Shown here: positions 20,244 to 31,630 of the stretch, in pieces | Numbering within the stretch: the first letter of the stretch is position 1 | Layout of the letters: every line of letters starts with the position of its first letter | Assembly: GCA_963754945.1 (NCBI GenBank) | Contig: CAVWIG010000013.1 | Coordinates: forward strand, 1 to 64,000 | Origin: Methanotrichaceae archaeon | GTDB lineage: Archaea > Halobacteriota > Methanosarcinia > Methanotrichales > Methanotrichaceae | DNA: 64,000 nt | Direction: 5' to 3' | Program-made: the position numbers and the translations under genes | The notes under the pieces: generated by a model | What the model was told of the DNA's origin: nothing | The model's input: the letters and a program-made list of their open reading frames with translations, nothing else | The model's database searches: none

Positions 20244-22148
20244 ATGTGGAGGGACCGGATAATCTGCTTCATCTGCTTAGTGTACTTGTGCTTTTGTATT
20301 GGTCTATCTTTCAGTGAAGGATCAGACATCGTAAAGTCCCATGACGCTGAGCATAGTACACCGTTGTTAGATGGAGATCCCAAAATGAATGATGGAACGC
20401 TCAAGCTCATTTCCGCTACTCCAGGCTTTTCTCCGAAATCGGCGGGAGGAAACCTGTCCATTAGCGGGATGGTATTTAACGACTTAAATGGCACCGGCCT
20501 GAGAACAAAAGAAACTATTGGCCTCCCTGGCTGGACAATAGTCCTGAGTCGTGATATGAATGAGATTCTCCAAACCACAACAGACTATGAGGGGCTGTAT
20601 TCTTTCAAAAATCTGACACCTGGGAGATACATTGTCGTCGAAAATATGATTGATGGATGGAACCAGACCTGCCCTGGAGAAGAGAAAGGTGAAGCGAATT
20701 ATACCATCAACCTGGTTGATGAAGATGCAATCAATTACAATTTTGGCAACATTTTTGGCCCTGTGACTTATGTCCCTCAACGACATCCCATTATGTCAAA
20801 GAATGCATGGAACCAGCGAACTCAGGCCATTAAGAATCTGCCCAAAGCTGGAACCAATACTCAAGGCCGAGCTGGAGTTATTTACCCATCGTCTTTCAGC
20901 CTTTTGAGTCATATTCCGTACACTGCCAGCCAAAGAGATCAAGGTTCTTGCGGTAATTGTTGGGTTTGGGGTTGCACAGCTCCCATAGAGGTTGCTCACG
21001 ATATTCAGAACGGAGTGCATGATCGCTTGTCGATCCAATATCTTAATTCAAACTATAATGGAGGATCTGGAAGCAGTTGGGCTTGCTGTGGTGGCTGGGA
21101 AGTAGGTTTCCAGAACTTCTATAGTACAAAAGGGAATTTCATCCCATGGTCCAATTCAAACGCCAATTTTCGGGATGGCGGAAGAAGCTGTTCAGCTGGG
21201 ACCAGTGTACCAGCCAGCTCGATCTCAACCTCTCCAAGCTACTCGATAACCTCCATCCAGTGGCACGAAATACAAACTACTGGTGTTAGCACAAATCAGG
21301 CAATTAGCAATATTAAAAGCTACCTTTACACAAACAAAGCTGTCACTTTAGGCTTTTACTTACCTGACTTCACACCATTCTGGAACTTCTGGGGGTCAAA
21401 TTCCGGAAACTGGAACTCGGATAACTATTGCGGACTATCTGACGGGGCATATCCTGGTGGACATGAAGTAACGATAGTGGGCTGGAACGACTCCACAGAT
21501 TCTTGGATTGTGCTTAATAGCTGGGGCGTAGATTCTGCTCATCCTGATGGGACTTACAAGCTCAAAATGGATATGAACTATAACTGCGCCAACGGGGGTT
21601 ACTATTCATATAGCTTCGGATATTTCGATGTAGCCTTTGGAGCAGATACGCTAGTACCAGTATATCGCATGTATAGCCCATACGTAACGGATCATCTTTA
21701 CACAACAAGTTACAATGAATATACAAAGGGTGCGGTTAATGTTGGATACAGCCAAGAAGGCATATTGGGTTACCTTTACCTAACTAAAGTACCTGGAACA
21801 GTGCCGTTATATCGCATGTATAGCCCTTATGTATTGGATCATCTTTATACAACAAGTTACGATGAATATACAACGGGCGCGGTTAATGTTGGATACCGCC
21901 AAGAGGGCATATTGGGATATCTCTACTTAAATAGCGGCACAACAGGGACCTCACCAGTATATCGAATGTATAGCCCATATGCTACAGATCACTTTTACAC
22001 AACAAGTTACAATGAATATACAACGAGCGCTGTAAATGTTGGATACAGCCAAGAAGGTATATTGGGTTATCTCTACTTAAATAGCGACACAACAGGGACC
22101 TCACCAGTATATCGAATGTATAGCCCCTATGTAACGGCTCATTTATAG
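20244..22148 (+). CDS. Secreted C1A (papain-like) cysteine peptidase with SdrD-B-like domain and DUF5648-type repeats; C-terminus cut by a MITE
   Basis: Signal peptide; QGSCGNCW, GGHEV and NSWG triad; YRMYSP..DHLYTTS repeats. Confidence 0.85.
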   Translation: MWRDRIICFICLVYLCFCIGLSFSEGSDIVKSHDAEHSTPLLDGDPKMNDGTLKLISATPGFSPKSAGGNLSISGMVFNDLNGTGLRTKETIGLPGWTIVLSRDMNEILQTTTDYEGLYSFKNLTPGRYIVVENMIDGWNQTCPGEEKGEANYTINLVDEDAINYNFGNIFGPVTYVPQRHPIMSKNAWNQRTQAIKNLPKAGTNTQGRAGVIYPSSFSLLSHIPYTASQRDQGSCGNCWVWGCTAPIEVAHDIQNGVHDRLSIQYLNSNYNGGSGSSWACCGGWEVGFQNFYSTKGNFIPWSNSNANFRDGGRSCSAGTSVPASSISTSPSYSITSIQWHEIQTTGVSTNQAISNIKSYLYTNKAVTLGFYLPDFTPFWNFWGSNSGNWNSDNYCGLSDGAYPGGHEVTIVGWNDSTDSWIVLNSWGVDSAHPDGTYKLKMDMNYNCANGGYYSYSFGYFDVAFGADTLVPVYRMYSPYVTDHLYTTSYNEYTKGAVNVGYSQEGILGYLYLTKVPGTVPLYRMYSPYVLDHLYTTSYDEYTTGAVNVGYRQEGILGYLYLNSGTTGTSPVYRMYSPYATDHFYTTSYNEYTTSAVNVGYSQEGILGYLYLNSDTTGTSPVYRMYSPYVTAHL

Positions 22149-22234
22149 TGCTTAACCCAACGATTTACACTTAACATTTAATTGACCAAGCGATGCATAG
22201 CGATCATTAGTTTCAAATTTTGGATTAAACACTA
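22146..22234. mobile_element. 89-bp IS630/mariner-type MITE
   Basis: TIRs TAGTGCTTAACCCAA / TTGGATTAAACACTA with TA duplication. Removing it restores the peptidase reading frame. Confidence 0.85.
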
Positions 22235-22386
22235 TATGTTCAACAAATTACAATGAATATACAACGAGCGCTGTAAATGTTGGATACAGCCAAGAAGGTA
22301 TATTGGGTTATCTCTACTTAAATAGCGACACAACAGGGACCTCACCAGTATATCGAATGTATAGCCCCTATGTAACGGCTCATTTA

Positions 22387-22475
22387 TAGTGCTTAACCCA
22401 ACGATTTACACTTAACATTTAATTGACCAAGCGATGCATAGCGATCATTAGTTTCAAATTTTGGATTAAACACTA
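22387..22475. mobile_element. Second copy of the 89-bp MITE
   Basis: Identical to 22146-22234. Confidence 0.85.
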
Positions 22476-22644
22476 TATGTTCAACAAATTACAATGAATA
22501 TACGACGGGAGCAGTAAATGCAGGATACAGCCGAGATGATGTACTCGGTTACTTGTTTTTGAATTAGTAATATTTTTATAAAATTGATATTTTGCGCTTT
22601 TTATCGCTGTTAGGGTACCCATGTTTGATAATTCCATAAAATCC

Positions 22645-23845
22645 GTATGCATAAAGCCCTCCGCAGAAATGGAAAACAGTCAAAAGGGAACTTGAAGCCC
22701 GACTCGCCAAATATGAGAATGCCCATACTCCACCGAGTCTAAAACGTGGCCCAAATCGCAAAATAGAGGAGAATGGTGTCGTCAAGGGGATACCCGGTCA
22801 GAAAATTGGTCATAAAGGCGTAACGAGACCGTATGCCAAGCCAGATAGGCAAGGAGATTCCTGAGCCCCAGTCGATCATCGTCACCGAATACAAAATTGC
22901 GCATTACAGATGTCCTTGCTGTCGTAAAGAAGTCACAGCCAACAATGCGGCTTGCTCCCTGGAAGGCAGATTCGGAAACAACATAATTGCTCAGACGACG
23001 TTACTGAAATACGAGGATAGGCTACCCCACAGGAAAATCCAGAATCCGCTGAGGCGACTGCATGGACTGAATATAAGTCCTGCAACGATACTCGATCTGA
23101 CTCGCCGAGCTGCTGATGCGGTTCAATCGCAATACGATGCAATTCTAAACAGGATTCGCACTGCTCCGATCCTGTACGTGGATGAAACGTCGATCGATGT
23201 CCAGGGAAAGCTGAATTGGATCTGGGCATTTACGACACCATCTGAGACTTTTGTTGTGATACGAAAGAGTCGGGGCATGAAAGTCCTCTTGGAGGTTCTG
23301 ACGAGGAGGTTCACAGGCATCATTGTGTGCGATGGCTGGAAACCATATCCCAAGTTCACAAAAAGCATACAGCGATGCTGGGCGCATCTACTTCGGGAAT
23401 CGAAAGATCTTGCTGAGAAGATTGAGGAAGCTGTTCTGTTGCATCGAGCGCTCAAGGGTCTTTTTGAAGAATTGACCGGAGATCTAAAAAATGATCCACC
23501 GCCAGAAGTCCGTAGGGATCTATGGCTTAAGGCACAAGTCACACTCCAGCAATGGACTATGAAAGAATTCGTCAGTGAGAAAGTAAGAAAGCTCATTGGC
23601 AAGATCAACAAAGGCTTCGAGTACTGGTTCACTTTTGTCATTCATCCCGGTATAGAGCCGACCAACAATAGAGCCGAAAGGGCACTACGCGAGCATGTCG
23701 TTTTGAGGAAGATCTTGGGCACGTTGCGCAATGGCAAAGGGACTTCGATTCATGAACGTATCATGACTGTGCTGGCGACATGGGGGCAACAGGGACCTGA
23801 TAGTCTAAAGATGTTGAGATCAAGCCTGTCCACCTAAACACATAC
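22645..23845 (+). mobile_element. Degenerate IS66-family (single-ORF, ISBst12-like) element; transposase remnant 22833-23837
   Basis: Homologous to 43221-44537 with an internal deletion; right end CTAAACACATAC; left boundary approximate. Confidence 0.85.
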
Positions 23846-24174
23846 CATAATTCTATGTGTGCAACTCATAGGATACGTGAGAATCCTAGAGATTCTTTTT
23901 CTGAGCAAAGCGACCAGATCCGTCTAACAAACCGAGGCTGCCAAAACAGACTGAGACCAAGAACCCATTAGAACCATTACCGTAGATCTTAGTAACGGTC
24001 GGAGTTTGACTTCAGGTTTGTTTTTATAATAAGTTGATTGGTAGCCTAAAAAGAATGAAGATCACATGGTAATCCCGCGGCTTGTATGCATCTCCTCAGT
24101 CTAAAGCTTTTCGAAAGGAAGGAGGGCAGATCACCCTCTATCAAAGGCCTTTTCGGATATTTGTGTTGCCTTTA

Positions 24175-26253
24175 CTACATCTGTAAGTACACAACTGCGG
24201 TGTTAATAGCAGGAGGAGCAGCAATTTGCCAGGTTCCTATATTGATAGTGTAACCTGTTTTAGAAACTGAGTATTGCCAAGTCCCTGGAACACCGGTGAT
24301 GGTTGCCTGACCATTACTATCTGTTGTTGCCTGTTTGCTATTGCTATAACCATCTGTTACAGTTATCAGGGCATTTGGAATCAAAATTGTTCCCGCCGCG
24401 TTCTTAACCGTAATGGAAACCGTAGCTTCAGACAGAGGAGATTGAGAACTGCTATACACGTATCCTAAGATACCTTCTTGCTGGTAACCGACGGCAACTG
24501 CTGTCGTGGTATATTCATTATAGTTCGTAGTATAGAAGTGATCCTTGACAAACGGGCTATACATGCGGTATACCGGGGTGGTGCCTGCCTGAGGACTGCT
24601 GTATATGTATCCTAAGATACCTTCCTGCTGGTAACCGACGGCAACTGCTGTCGTGGTATATTCATTATAGTTCGTAGTATAGAAGTGGTCCGTGACAAAC
24701 GGGCTATACATGCGGTATATCGGGATGGTACCGGTTTGAGAACTGCTATACACGTATCCTAAGATACCTTCCTGCTGATAACCGACCTTTACAGCACTCG
24801 TGCTATATTCATTATAGTCCGTAGTATACATGTGATCCGTGACAAGCGGGCTATACATGCGGTATATCGGCATAGGACCACTGAATGCTACGTCAATGGT
24901 TGTGAAAAATAATTGAGAGTTGCCGCCGAATCCCATATCATAGTTCATGTGCATTTTGACTTTGAAAGTCCCAGCAGGATGTGCAGAATTAGTACCCCAA
25001 CTGTTCAGCATGATCCAGGAATCAGTGGAATCATCCCAGCCAACGCATGTGACTATGTGGGCATAAACGCCTGAATCAGTAGGCTGATTATTCCACTGAT
25101 CGAAGTTGTAGTTGTCGGATCTAGTATTCCAGAAAGTGTTACTAAAGTCATTCCAAGCTGTTGCAGTGGGCACCGCGAACCGGAAGACCACCCCTTTGTG
25201 CTGGTATAGATAACTCTTGATGTTAGCGATAGCCGTGGATTGTCCCTGCCCTATAGTGGGGATAGTATTGTATTGGATTGAGTTGATTGGATAGTACGGA
25301 TTGGTTGAGATTGAACTAGCTGATACAGCTGCGGTATCCCCACATATCAGATTGCCGTCTCGATAATCGGCTTGTGAGTTAGACCATGGAATGAATCTGT
25401 GTTCTGAACTGTAAAAGTTAACATAATCTGCTGGGGCACCACTACAGCAGGGACTTGAACCTCCATTGTTGTTGGAGTCTAAGTACTGAATTGAGATGCG
25501 ATCAAATATTGTATTTTGAATATCATAAGCTATCTCTATCACAGCTGTGCAACCCCAGACCCAGCAATTTCCACAATTGCCTTGCTGCCTGTTCGTGTAA
25601 GATGGAACATAGCTCAAGAGGCTAAAGGATGAAGGATAAGATACCGCTTGCGGGGCGGCAGCAGGACGCAGGGGGGGTTTAACTGCTCTGAAATCCTCTT
25701 CATTCATCTTGGCTATCTGATCCAGAGTCAGATGCATAGCAGGATGAAATAGTGGGACATGCGTTACTGGTCCAAAATGGTTGCCAAAGTCGTAATTGAA
25801 TGCGTCTTTATCGACGAGATTAATGGTATAATTTCCTTCGCCCGGGCGGGTCTGGTTCCAACCCGGCAAAATGGTCTCTATTACAGTATATTTTCCAGAC
25901 GAGAGGTTTTGGAAAGAATACTTGCCCGTATCATCGGTGATGGTTTGGAGAACTTCTTTGCCATCACACTTCAGGATTATTGTCCAATTCGGAAGGCCAG
26001 GTTCGTCTTTTGTTCTCAAGCCATCACCATTTAGATCGCTAAATACTGTTCCGTTTATAGATAAGTTTACCCCGATGAGTAGATCTTTATAAGATTGCAC
26101 AATTGGCTGCTGAGAATTGTTGGGAGATATGTTGGATGGATTAAGTGCTGCCAAGGAAAGCGTTGCAGATAGAATAACCATGAAGCTAAGGAGGATTATA
26201 ACTCCCGCAAAGCATTTTATCGTTATTGCCAATTGTTTCATATCAGGCCTCAT
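24175..26253 (-). CDS. Secreted C1A cysteine peptidase paralog (SdrD-B, DUF5648-type repeats, C-terminal Ig-like domain)
   Basis: QGNCGNCW, YAHIV, NSWG; three YRMYSP repeats. Confidence 0.87.
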   Translation of the reverse strand: MRPDMKQLAITIKCFAGVIILLSFMVILSATLSLAALNPSNISPNNSQQPIVQSYKDLLIGVNLSINGTVFSDLNGDGLRTKDEPGLPNWTIILKCDGKEVLQTITDDTGKYSFQNLSSGKYTVIETILPGWNQTRPGEGNYTINLVDKDAFNYDFGNHFGPVTHVPLFHPAMHLTLDQIAKMNEEDFRAVKPPLRPAAAPQAVSYPSSFSLLSYVPSYTNRQQGNCGNCWVWGCTAVIEIAYDIQNTIFDRISIQYLDSNNNGGSSPCCSGAPADYVNFYSSEHRFIPWSNSQADYRDGNLICGDTAAVSASSISTNPYYPINSIQYNTIPTIGQGQSTAIANIKSYLYQHKGVVFRFAVPTATAWNDFSNTFWNTRSDNYNFDQWNNQPTDSGVYAHIVTCVGWDDSTDSWIMLNSWGTNSAHPAGTFKVKMHMNYDMGFGGNSQLFFTTIDVAFSGPMPIYRMYSPLVTDHMYTTDYNEYSTSAVKVGYQQEGILGYVYSSSQTGTIPIYRMYSPFVTDHFYTTNYNEYTTTAVAVGYQQEGILGYIYSSPQAGTTPVYRMYSPFVKDHFYTTNYNEYTTTAVAVGYQQEGILGYVYSSSQSPLSEATVSITVKNAAGTILIPNALITVTDGYSNSKQATTDSNGQATITGVPGTWQYSVSKTGYTINIGTWQIAAPPAINTAVVYLQM

Positions 26254-26423
26254 TTAACCTTATAATTATTTTTAACATTTAAGGCTTTTCAATAGGATCT
26301 AGGGGTTGCAAGGTTAATGTCCTTATCTGTATCTTCGCATTGTTTTCTTTTTGATCAAGCGACTGCACAATTGGATATATTGGAGTAATGATTGATGTGC
26401 GGGGGTCCGTTGAATTCAATTTT

Positions 26424-27548
26424 AGAGATTTCGAAAAACTCAATTAATTGAAATATTTATATACTATTAACACTATAATTAGTGTTATGCGGACTCTCAT
26501 AGACTTTTCTATTCTACAGGAATATAGCGATCAAGTTGAGCCTCGCGGTGATAAACTATCCTCATTAGCAGCACTGGTTGATTGGAATGCATTTTTGCCG
26601 ATAGAGAATAGCCTATACAAGAACAAGAGCAAAAAAGGCGGCAGGCCAAATATTAGCATTATTATAATGATTAAACTCCTTATACTCCAGCAACTGTACG
26701 GTCTTTCAGATCCACAACTAGAGCTTCAGGTTGCGGATAGAATTTCTTTTAGGGTTTTCTTAGGGACAACAGAAGTAATCCCTGATTATTCAACGGTATG
26801 GCTTTTCCGCGAAAGATTGAAAGAAAACGGTAAGTTAGAAGCCATTTGGGAAGAGTTCGTTAATCAGCTCAAGGCCAAAGGATATGAGGTTAAGAAGGGA
26901 GTCATCCAAGATGCAACTTTTATAACATCTGATCCAGGTCATGCCAAGAGCGATGTTCCTCGTGGAGATAAAGCCAAGACTCGAAGAAGCAAAGATGGTG
27001 CTTGGTCAAAGAAAGGAAACAAATCTTATTTCGGCTACAAGGGACACGTTAAAGTCGATACTGAGAATAATTTCATCTGGAAGGTTGAGACGACCATTGC
27101 TAACGTCCATGACAGCCAGGTGGATTTGGCAAATGAAGGAGAGGTCCGATATGGAGACAAAGGGTACCATGGTGCAAAAACCAAAGGATATGATGCATCA
27201 ATGAAAAGAGCTGCAAGAGGGCGTCAGCTTAGCGGTTTTGATGAATTGCGAAACAAGAGAATTAGCAGGAAGCGATCTCCGGTAGAAAGATGCTTTAGCG
27301 TTATGAAAATAGTTTTCAGAGCAGGACATGTTATGGTAACAACGGTTGAAAGAGCTGCTATCAAAATAACGTTCAATGCTATCGGATATAACTTGTACAA
27401 TCTACTTGGCCTGGTCAACAAGAAATCAGCCTAGCGATAGCTTTCGAGAAATAGGAAGAAAATAATGAATTATAAAAAGAAAGAAAGCAGAAAATTGTGG
27501 AACAAAGGAGGATTGAACGAATTGAGAAGCATCTAAATCGAAAATGTT
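26424..27548 (+). mobile_element. IS5-family element (transposase 26448/26487-27434)
   Basis: GGRP, LSDPQLE, IQDATF, YFGYKGH, GDKGY, RSPVER. Left end GAGATTTCGAAAAAC; right boundary approximate. Confidence 0.88.
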
Positions 27549-27559
27549 AACGAAGTGCT

Positions 27560-28380
27560 CTTGAAAGATTGCAGATCAAACCTACTATTTAATTAATTAA
27601 AAATTATGTACAAAAATTTATTCCCTATAAAGTAAAATGTTCTGATTTAATACATTATTTTAAATAATTATTTAATAATTATAGAATATTAAGTTTAAAT
27701 TAAAATTTATGCTAGCGTACTTATGTAGCCATCCATTTTCTTGGTGATGAGAATAACAACTTTCGTCTACCGTTGCCTCGGAGATAGAATATCCTCTTGA
27801 GAATAATACACACTTATAGACTATGTGAATGCCTATTTTACAGTTGACCGAAAAACAGGTTTTGTTAGCTCGGATTTTCCAAATACTATAAGAATAGAGG
27901 CTCATTGTCGCCCACGCCCCCACTTCATGTAGTAAAATGGCTCCTTGAAGAAGAATTGATATTAGCATGATTCCCAGTAACATATAGTATAGGAATATCA
28001 ATGAATTGAAAGCGGTATTATGTAATTTTTATAAATAATATTTGGCATCGATAACTCAATGGTTTACGCATAGAAACTTTATTTATAAAATAGTAGATTT
28101 TATATCAAAAAAATAAGCACATCAAAAGAGAAGAAAGTATAGATAATTGCAAAATTCAATTTAAAATAAATTATAATAAAAATTAATTTATGATTTAGAA
28201 AAATTTATTTTTGATAAAGTTATAAATTATAATATATGATTACTTATAATCATATTAGCATAATATATATTTTTTTAATTAATTTTATTATTAAATTATA
28301 TATGTAGTATCTGCTCTTTTATTTATTATTAAATTATTCTAAATTTCATAGAAATTCTTTGAACAAATAAGTGAGACTTA
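27560..28380. other. Extremely AT-rich segment
   Basis: 28000-28380 is almost entirely A/T, unlike its flanks. Confidence 0.8.
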
Positions 28381-28753
28381 ATAATGGCATGAACTTTGAG
28401 GTTGAATGAGCGAGAAACCCACTAAATGAGAGTCAATTCAATCGCAGAACGGTCTACATAAAGAAATCAGCCATCATCTAGATGTTCGAAAGGTCTTGTG
28501 ACGGATAAATGGGGAAATGTTGAGCAGTCTTCGTATACTTGCGATTGCGCATTGCACATATACCGATGATATGAGTATTCAGCTATCCAACTCTGAGTAA
28601 GCTATCGATGGAATGGGAACACCAATCAGAGGTTAGTATTGACCACATAGAAGAGCAGCAATCGAGCCAGGAATGTAATAGAGACCAGGTTTAAAGATTG
28701 GCATTAGAAAGAGATATAAGAAACTGAGAGAATGACATTCATGGGATAAGAAT

Positions 28754-29323
28754 ATGAAGATTCTGATACCGCTGGCCGAGGGCTTCGAGGAGATCGAGGC
28801 CATAACCGTAATCGACATTTTGAGAAGGGCCGATATCGAGGTTGTGGTCGCTGGTCTGATGGATGGTCTTATCGAGGGGGCTCATAAGGTCAAAGTGCAA
28901 CCAGACGTCAGTCTGGAAAAGGTAGACCTAATCGAGTTCGATGGCCTAGTCTTGCCAGGTGGCTTCCCAGGCTACGTCAACCTAGAAAAGGATGATCGGG
29001 TTTTAAACATGGTGAAGCGAATGAATAGAACAGGCAAGTGCATCGCTGCAATTTGCTGTGCGCCTTCGGTGCTCATAAAAGCTGGGATCCTGCAGGGCAA
29101 AAGGGCTACTGTCAGCCCGTCGGGCAAAGCTAAAGTGGCCGTTTGCGCTCGATACTCCGAAGATCGGGTGGTAGTGGATGGCAATCTTATAACGAGCCAG
29201 TCTCCTGGCACTGCCATGGAGTTCGCCCTGAAGTTAGTCGAGGTTCTAGCAGGAGAGGAGAAGATGAAACAGATAAAAGCCCAGACCCTTGCCATCAGCA
29301 AAGAAGACGGATGCATGATTTGA
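28754..29323 (+). CDS. DJ-1/PfpI (YajL/ThiJ-like) protein
   Basis: GFEEIEA, LPGG, AAICCAP, TSQSPG. Confidence 0.92.
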   Translation: MKILIPLAEGFEEIEAITVIDILRRADIEVVVAGLMDGLIEGAHKVKVQPDVSLEKVDLIEFDGLVLPGGFPGYVNLEKDDRVLNMVKRMNRTGKCIAAICCAPSVLIKAGILQGKRATVSPSGKAKVAVCARYSEDRVVVDGNLITSQSPGTAMEFALKLVEVLAGEEKMKQIKAQTLAISKEDGCMI

Positions 29324-29401
29324 GATCATCCAGCCTTCCGCTTTTTCTTTCTGGCACCGACAGAAGACGACCAGATGCTTGTTTCTAAATCGATTCTTCT
29401 T

Positions 29402-30655
29402 TCACCACGAGATCTTCTTTCGATAGTAGTTTCTTACTACGATAGCAAGCATATTCGTTAACAGGACCAGGCCCACTAACACCAGGGCTGTACCCCAGGC
29501 ATTTTTCTCAACGTCCCAAGCACCAAGGAAATATATCAGGTTAAGAAGATGATAATCCAGGTTGTTCACAGGCTGGAATACGTTGGGAATCACCCCGTAG
29601 ATCATCTGTACCGGAGTAGCTGTAAAGGTCACCGCTGTCCACATTATAGGTGCTGTTTCTCCCGAGGCTTTGGCAACACTTATAATAATCCCCGTCAGAA
29701 TTCCCGGCATAGACGAAGGTAGAACGACCTTCCTGATAGTCTGCCATTTAGTCGCCCCAAGGGCCACGCTTCCTTCCCTCAGCGAGTTTGGAACGCTCTT
29801 GAGAGCCTCCTGAGTGGTGAGGATTACTATTGGAATATTGATCAGTCCCAGGATTATAGATCCCGTAAGAAGAGAAATACCCAGGAAGTTAATCAGAAAA
29901 GCCACGCCGAAAAGGCCGAAGACAACAGAAGGCACCCCATTTATGCAGCTTACAGCGATGGTTATCAAGCGATTTAAAATCAAATTTTTTGAGTATTCAT
30001 TGAGATAGATTGCAGCTCCTATGCCCAGGGGTGCAGAAAAAATCATGGCACCTAGGATCATCCATAAGGAGCCTAAGATTGCCGTACTTATGCCTCCCTG
30101 GGTCCCCAGCTTCCTAGGGGGCTCGGTCAGGAACTCCCAGCTCAGGGCCCATATGCCTTTGTATATAATAATAAATAGTATACCGCCTAAGATAAGGACG
30201 GAGATAACTGCAGTAAGCCGGATGGCAAGAAATACTAACGCCTCTCTGCTTTTACTACCAGAATCGTAGAGCAAGTTTATGGTGTCCTTAGTGACGACAA
30301 TGCTGGCTGCTAAAACCAGGGCTGACAGGATTAGCTTGTATCCGAAGGTCGCACCAATACCCAAAGGAGTTCTTATTTCAACCTTCGGGCTGATGGTTCC
30401 TGTGAATATCAACAGAAAGACGGCCATGATGAAGAACAGGTCTAAGGCAAGGACAACACCAGTTTTCGAAGCTAGATTCAATTTTCTCTTTGTCAGAGCG
30501 GATAGGGCAATCAGCAGTGTAGACCCTGCCAGGGCCACTCCCCAAAGAATTGAGAGATATGTCAGATCAGGCTGGAAAATTATGCAGGCCACTGAAGAGA
30601 TGAAGAGAAAGGCCGCTGCAGCGAAGGAGAGAGAATATGCGAGTTTTATCCTCAT
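29402..30655 (-). CDS. pstA: Phosphate ABC transporter permease PstA
   Basis: GVPSVVFGLFG, EGSVALGATKWQT, GETAP. Confidence 0.93.
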   Translation of the reverse strand: MRIKLAYSLSFAAAAFLFISSVACIIFQPDLTYLSILWGVALAGSTLLIALSALTKRKLNLASKTGVVLALDLFFIMAVFLLIFTGTISPKVEIRTPLGIGATFGYKLILSALVLAASIVVTKDTINLLYDSGSKSREALVFLAIRLTAVISVLILGGILFIIIYKGIWALSWEFLTEPPRKLGTQGGISTAILGSLWMILGAMIFSAPLGIGAAIYLNEYSKNLILNRLITIAVSCINGVPSVVFGLFGVAFLINFLGISLLTGSIILGLINIPIVILTTQEALKSVPNSLREGSVALGATKWQTIRKVVLPSSMPGILTGIIISVAKASGETAPIMWTAVTFTATPVQMIYGVIPNVFQPVNNLDYHLLNLIYFLGAWDVEKNAWGTALVLVGLVLLTNMLAIVVRNYYRKKISW

Positions 30656-30656
30656 T

Positions 30657-31580
30657 TCAATATCCTCCGAACTTCTTCCGAATTCTGGCCCTAATTTGAT
30701 CGGCCACCACGTTTAGAATGGTTACGACCAACAAAAGAACTAGTCCGACGGCAAATAGCGCTTGAAAATGCAACGAACCTCTGGCAACCTCTCCCATCTC
30801 GCCCGCTATGACCGATGTAAATGTAGCCCCCGTATCAAAAATATTGAACACGGGGGTGGGTAAACTGGGAACATTTCCTACAACAAGAAGGACTGCCATT
30901 GTCTCACCCATGATTTGGCCGACGTTGAGAAGAACAGCTGCTGTAATGCCGGAGGATGCGGCCGGTATGGTAACGTGCCTTATTGTCTGCCATTTATTGG
31001 CTCCAAGAGCCATAGATCCTTCCTTGAATTCGCTTGGAACTGCTCTTAGTGCATCCTCGCATATGGTAGTCATGCTTGGAATGAACATTATCCCCAAGAG
31101 TATAGAACCAGCGAGGAGGGACCTCCCTGTAAGCATGTCGAAGCTCTCCTGCAAGTACTTAACAAGTATAATCACTCCAAGAAAGCCGTAGACTATAGAA
31201 GGCACTCCTGCAAGCAGCTCTATCGCCGGCTTCAGAAAATCCTTTTCCCTCGGTCCTGCCAGCTCGGACAAGTAAACAGCCAAGGGGAAACCAATACAGA
31301 TGTTTATAATAAGCGCCATCGACGTTATCAAGAGGGAATTTATGATCAAAGGCATCATACCATATGTATCGGATGGAGGGTGCCACGTCTGGCCCATGAT
31401 TAGATTTATTATCCCTACTTTTGCAAATGCGTTGACCCCTTCCTGGAACAAAAAGTAGAAGATCATCACCATGATAATTATCGAAGTAATAGCGGAGATG
31501 AACAGTACGGATTCAACGAATTTCTCGCCGTACCTCCTCTGCAACCCCATGCTTTCTGGCTTGGGTAGATCCATACACAT
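30657..31580 (-). CDS. pstC: Phosphate ABC transporter permease PstC
   Basis: LAGVPSIVYG, GETMAV. Confidence 0.93.
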   Translation of the reverse strand: MCMDLPKPESMGLQRRYGEKFVESVLFISAITSIIIMVMIFYFLFQEGVNAFAKVGIINLIMGQTWHPPSDTYGMMPLIINSLLITSMALIINICIGFPLAVYLSELAGPREKDFLKPAIELLAGVPSIVYGFLGVIILVKYLQESFDMLTGRSLLAGSILLGIMFIPSMTTICEDALRAVPSEFKEGSMALGANKWQTIRHVTIPAASSGITAAVLLNVGQIMGETMAVLLVVGNVPSLPTPVFNIFDTGATFTSVIAGEMGEVARGSLHFQALFAVGLVLLLVVTILNVVADQIRARIRKKFGGY

Positions 31581-31612
31581 GGCCCAATTGCATCATCGCT
31601 TAAAACCCTTGT

Positions 31613-31630
31613 CTATATTATCTATATAGA
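31613..31630 (-). promoter_or_regulatory. Candidate phosphate-regulon box upstream of the pstC TATA
   Basis: CTATATTAT-CTATATAGA, 9-bp period; same arrangement at 48131-48148. Confidence 0.4.

Larger units (their letters stand above)
22007..22503 (+). repeat. 241-bp tandem duplication (two copies) including the MITE
   Basis: Identical text at offset 241, e.g. 22146 versus 22387. Confidence 0.9.

Noticed and set aside
21650-22140. Regular repeats as a CRISPR array
   Set aside because: They are in-frame protein repeats without unique spacers; the same holds for 24440-24870.
27672-28001. 109-aa ORF in the AT-rich tract
   Set aside because: Non-ATG start and no motif; cannot be supported.
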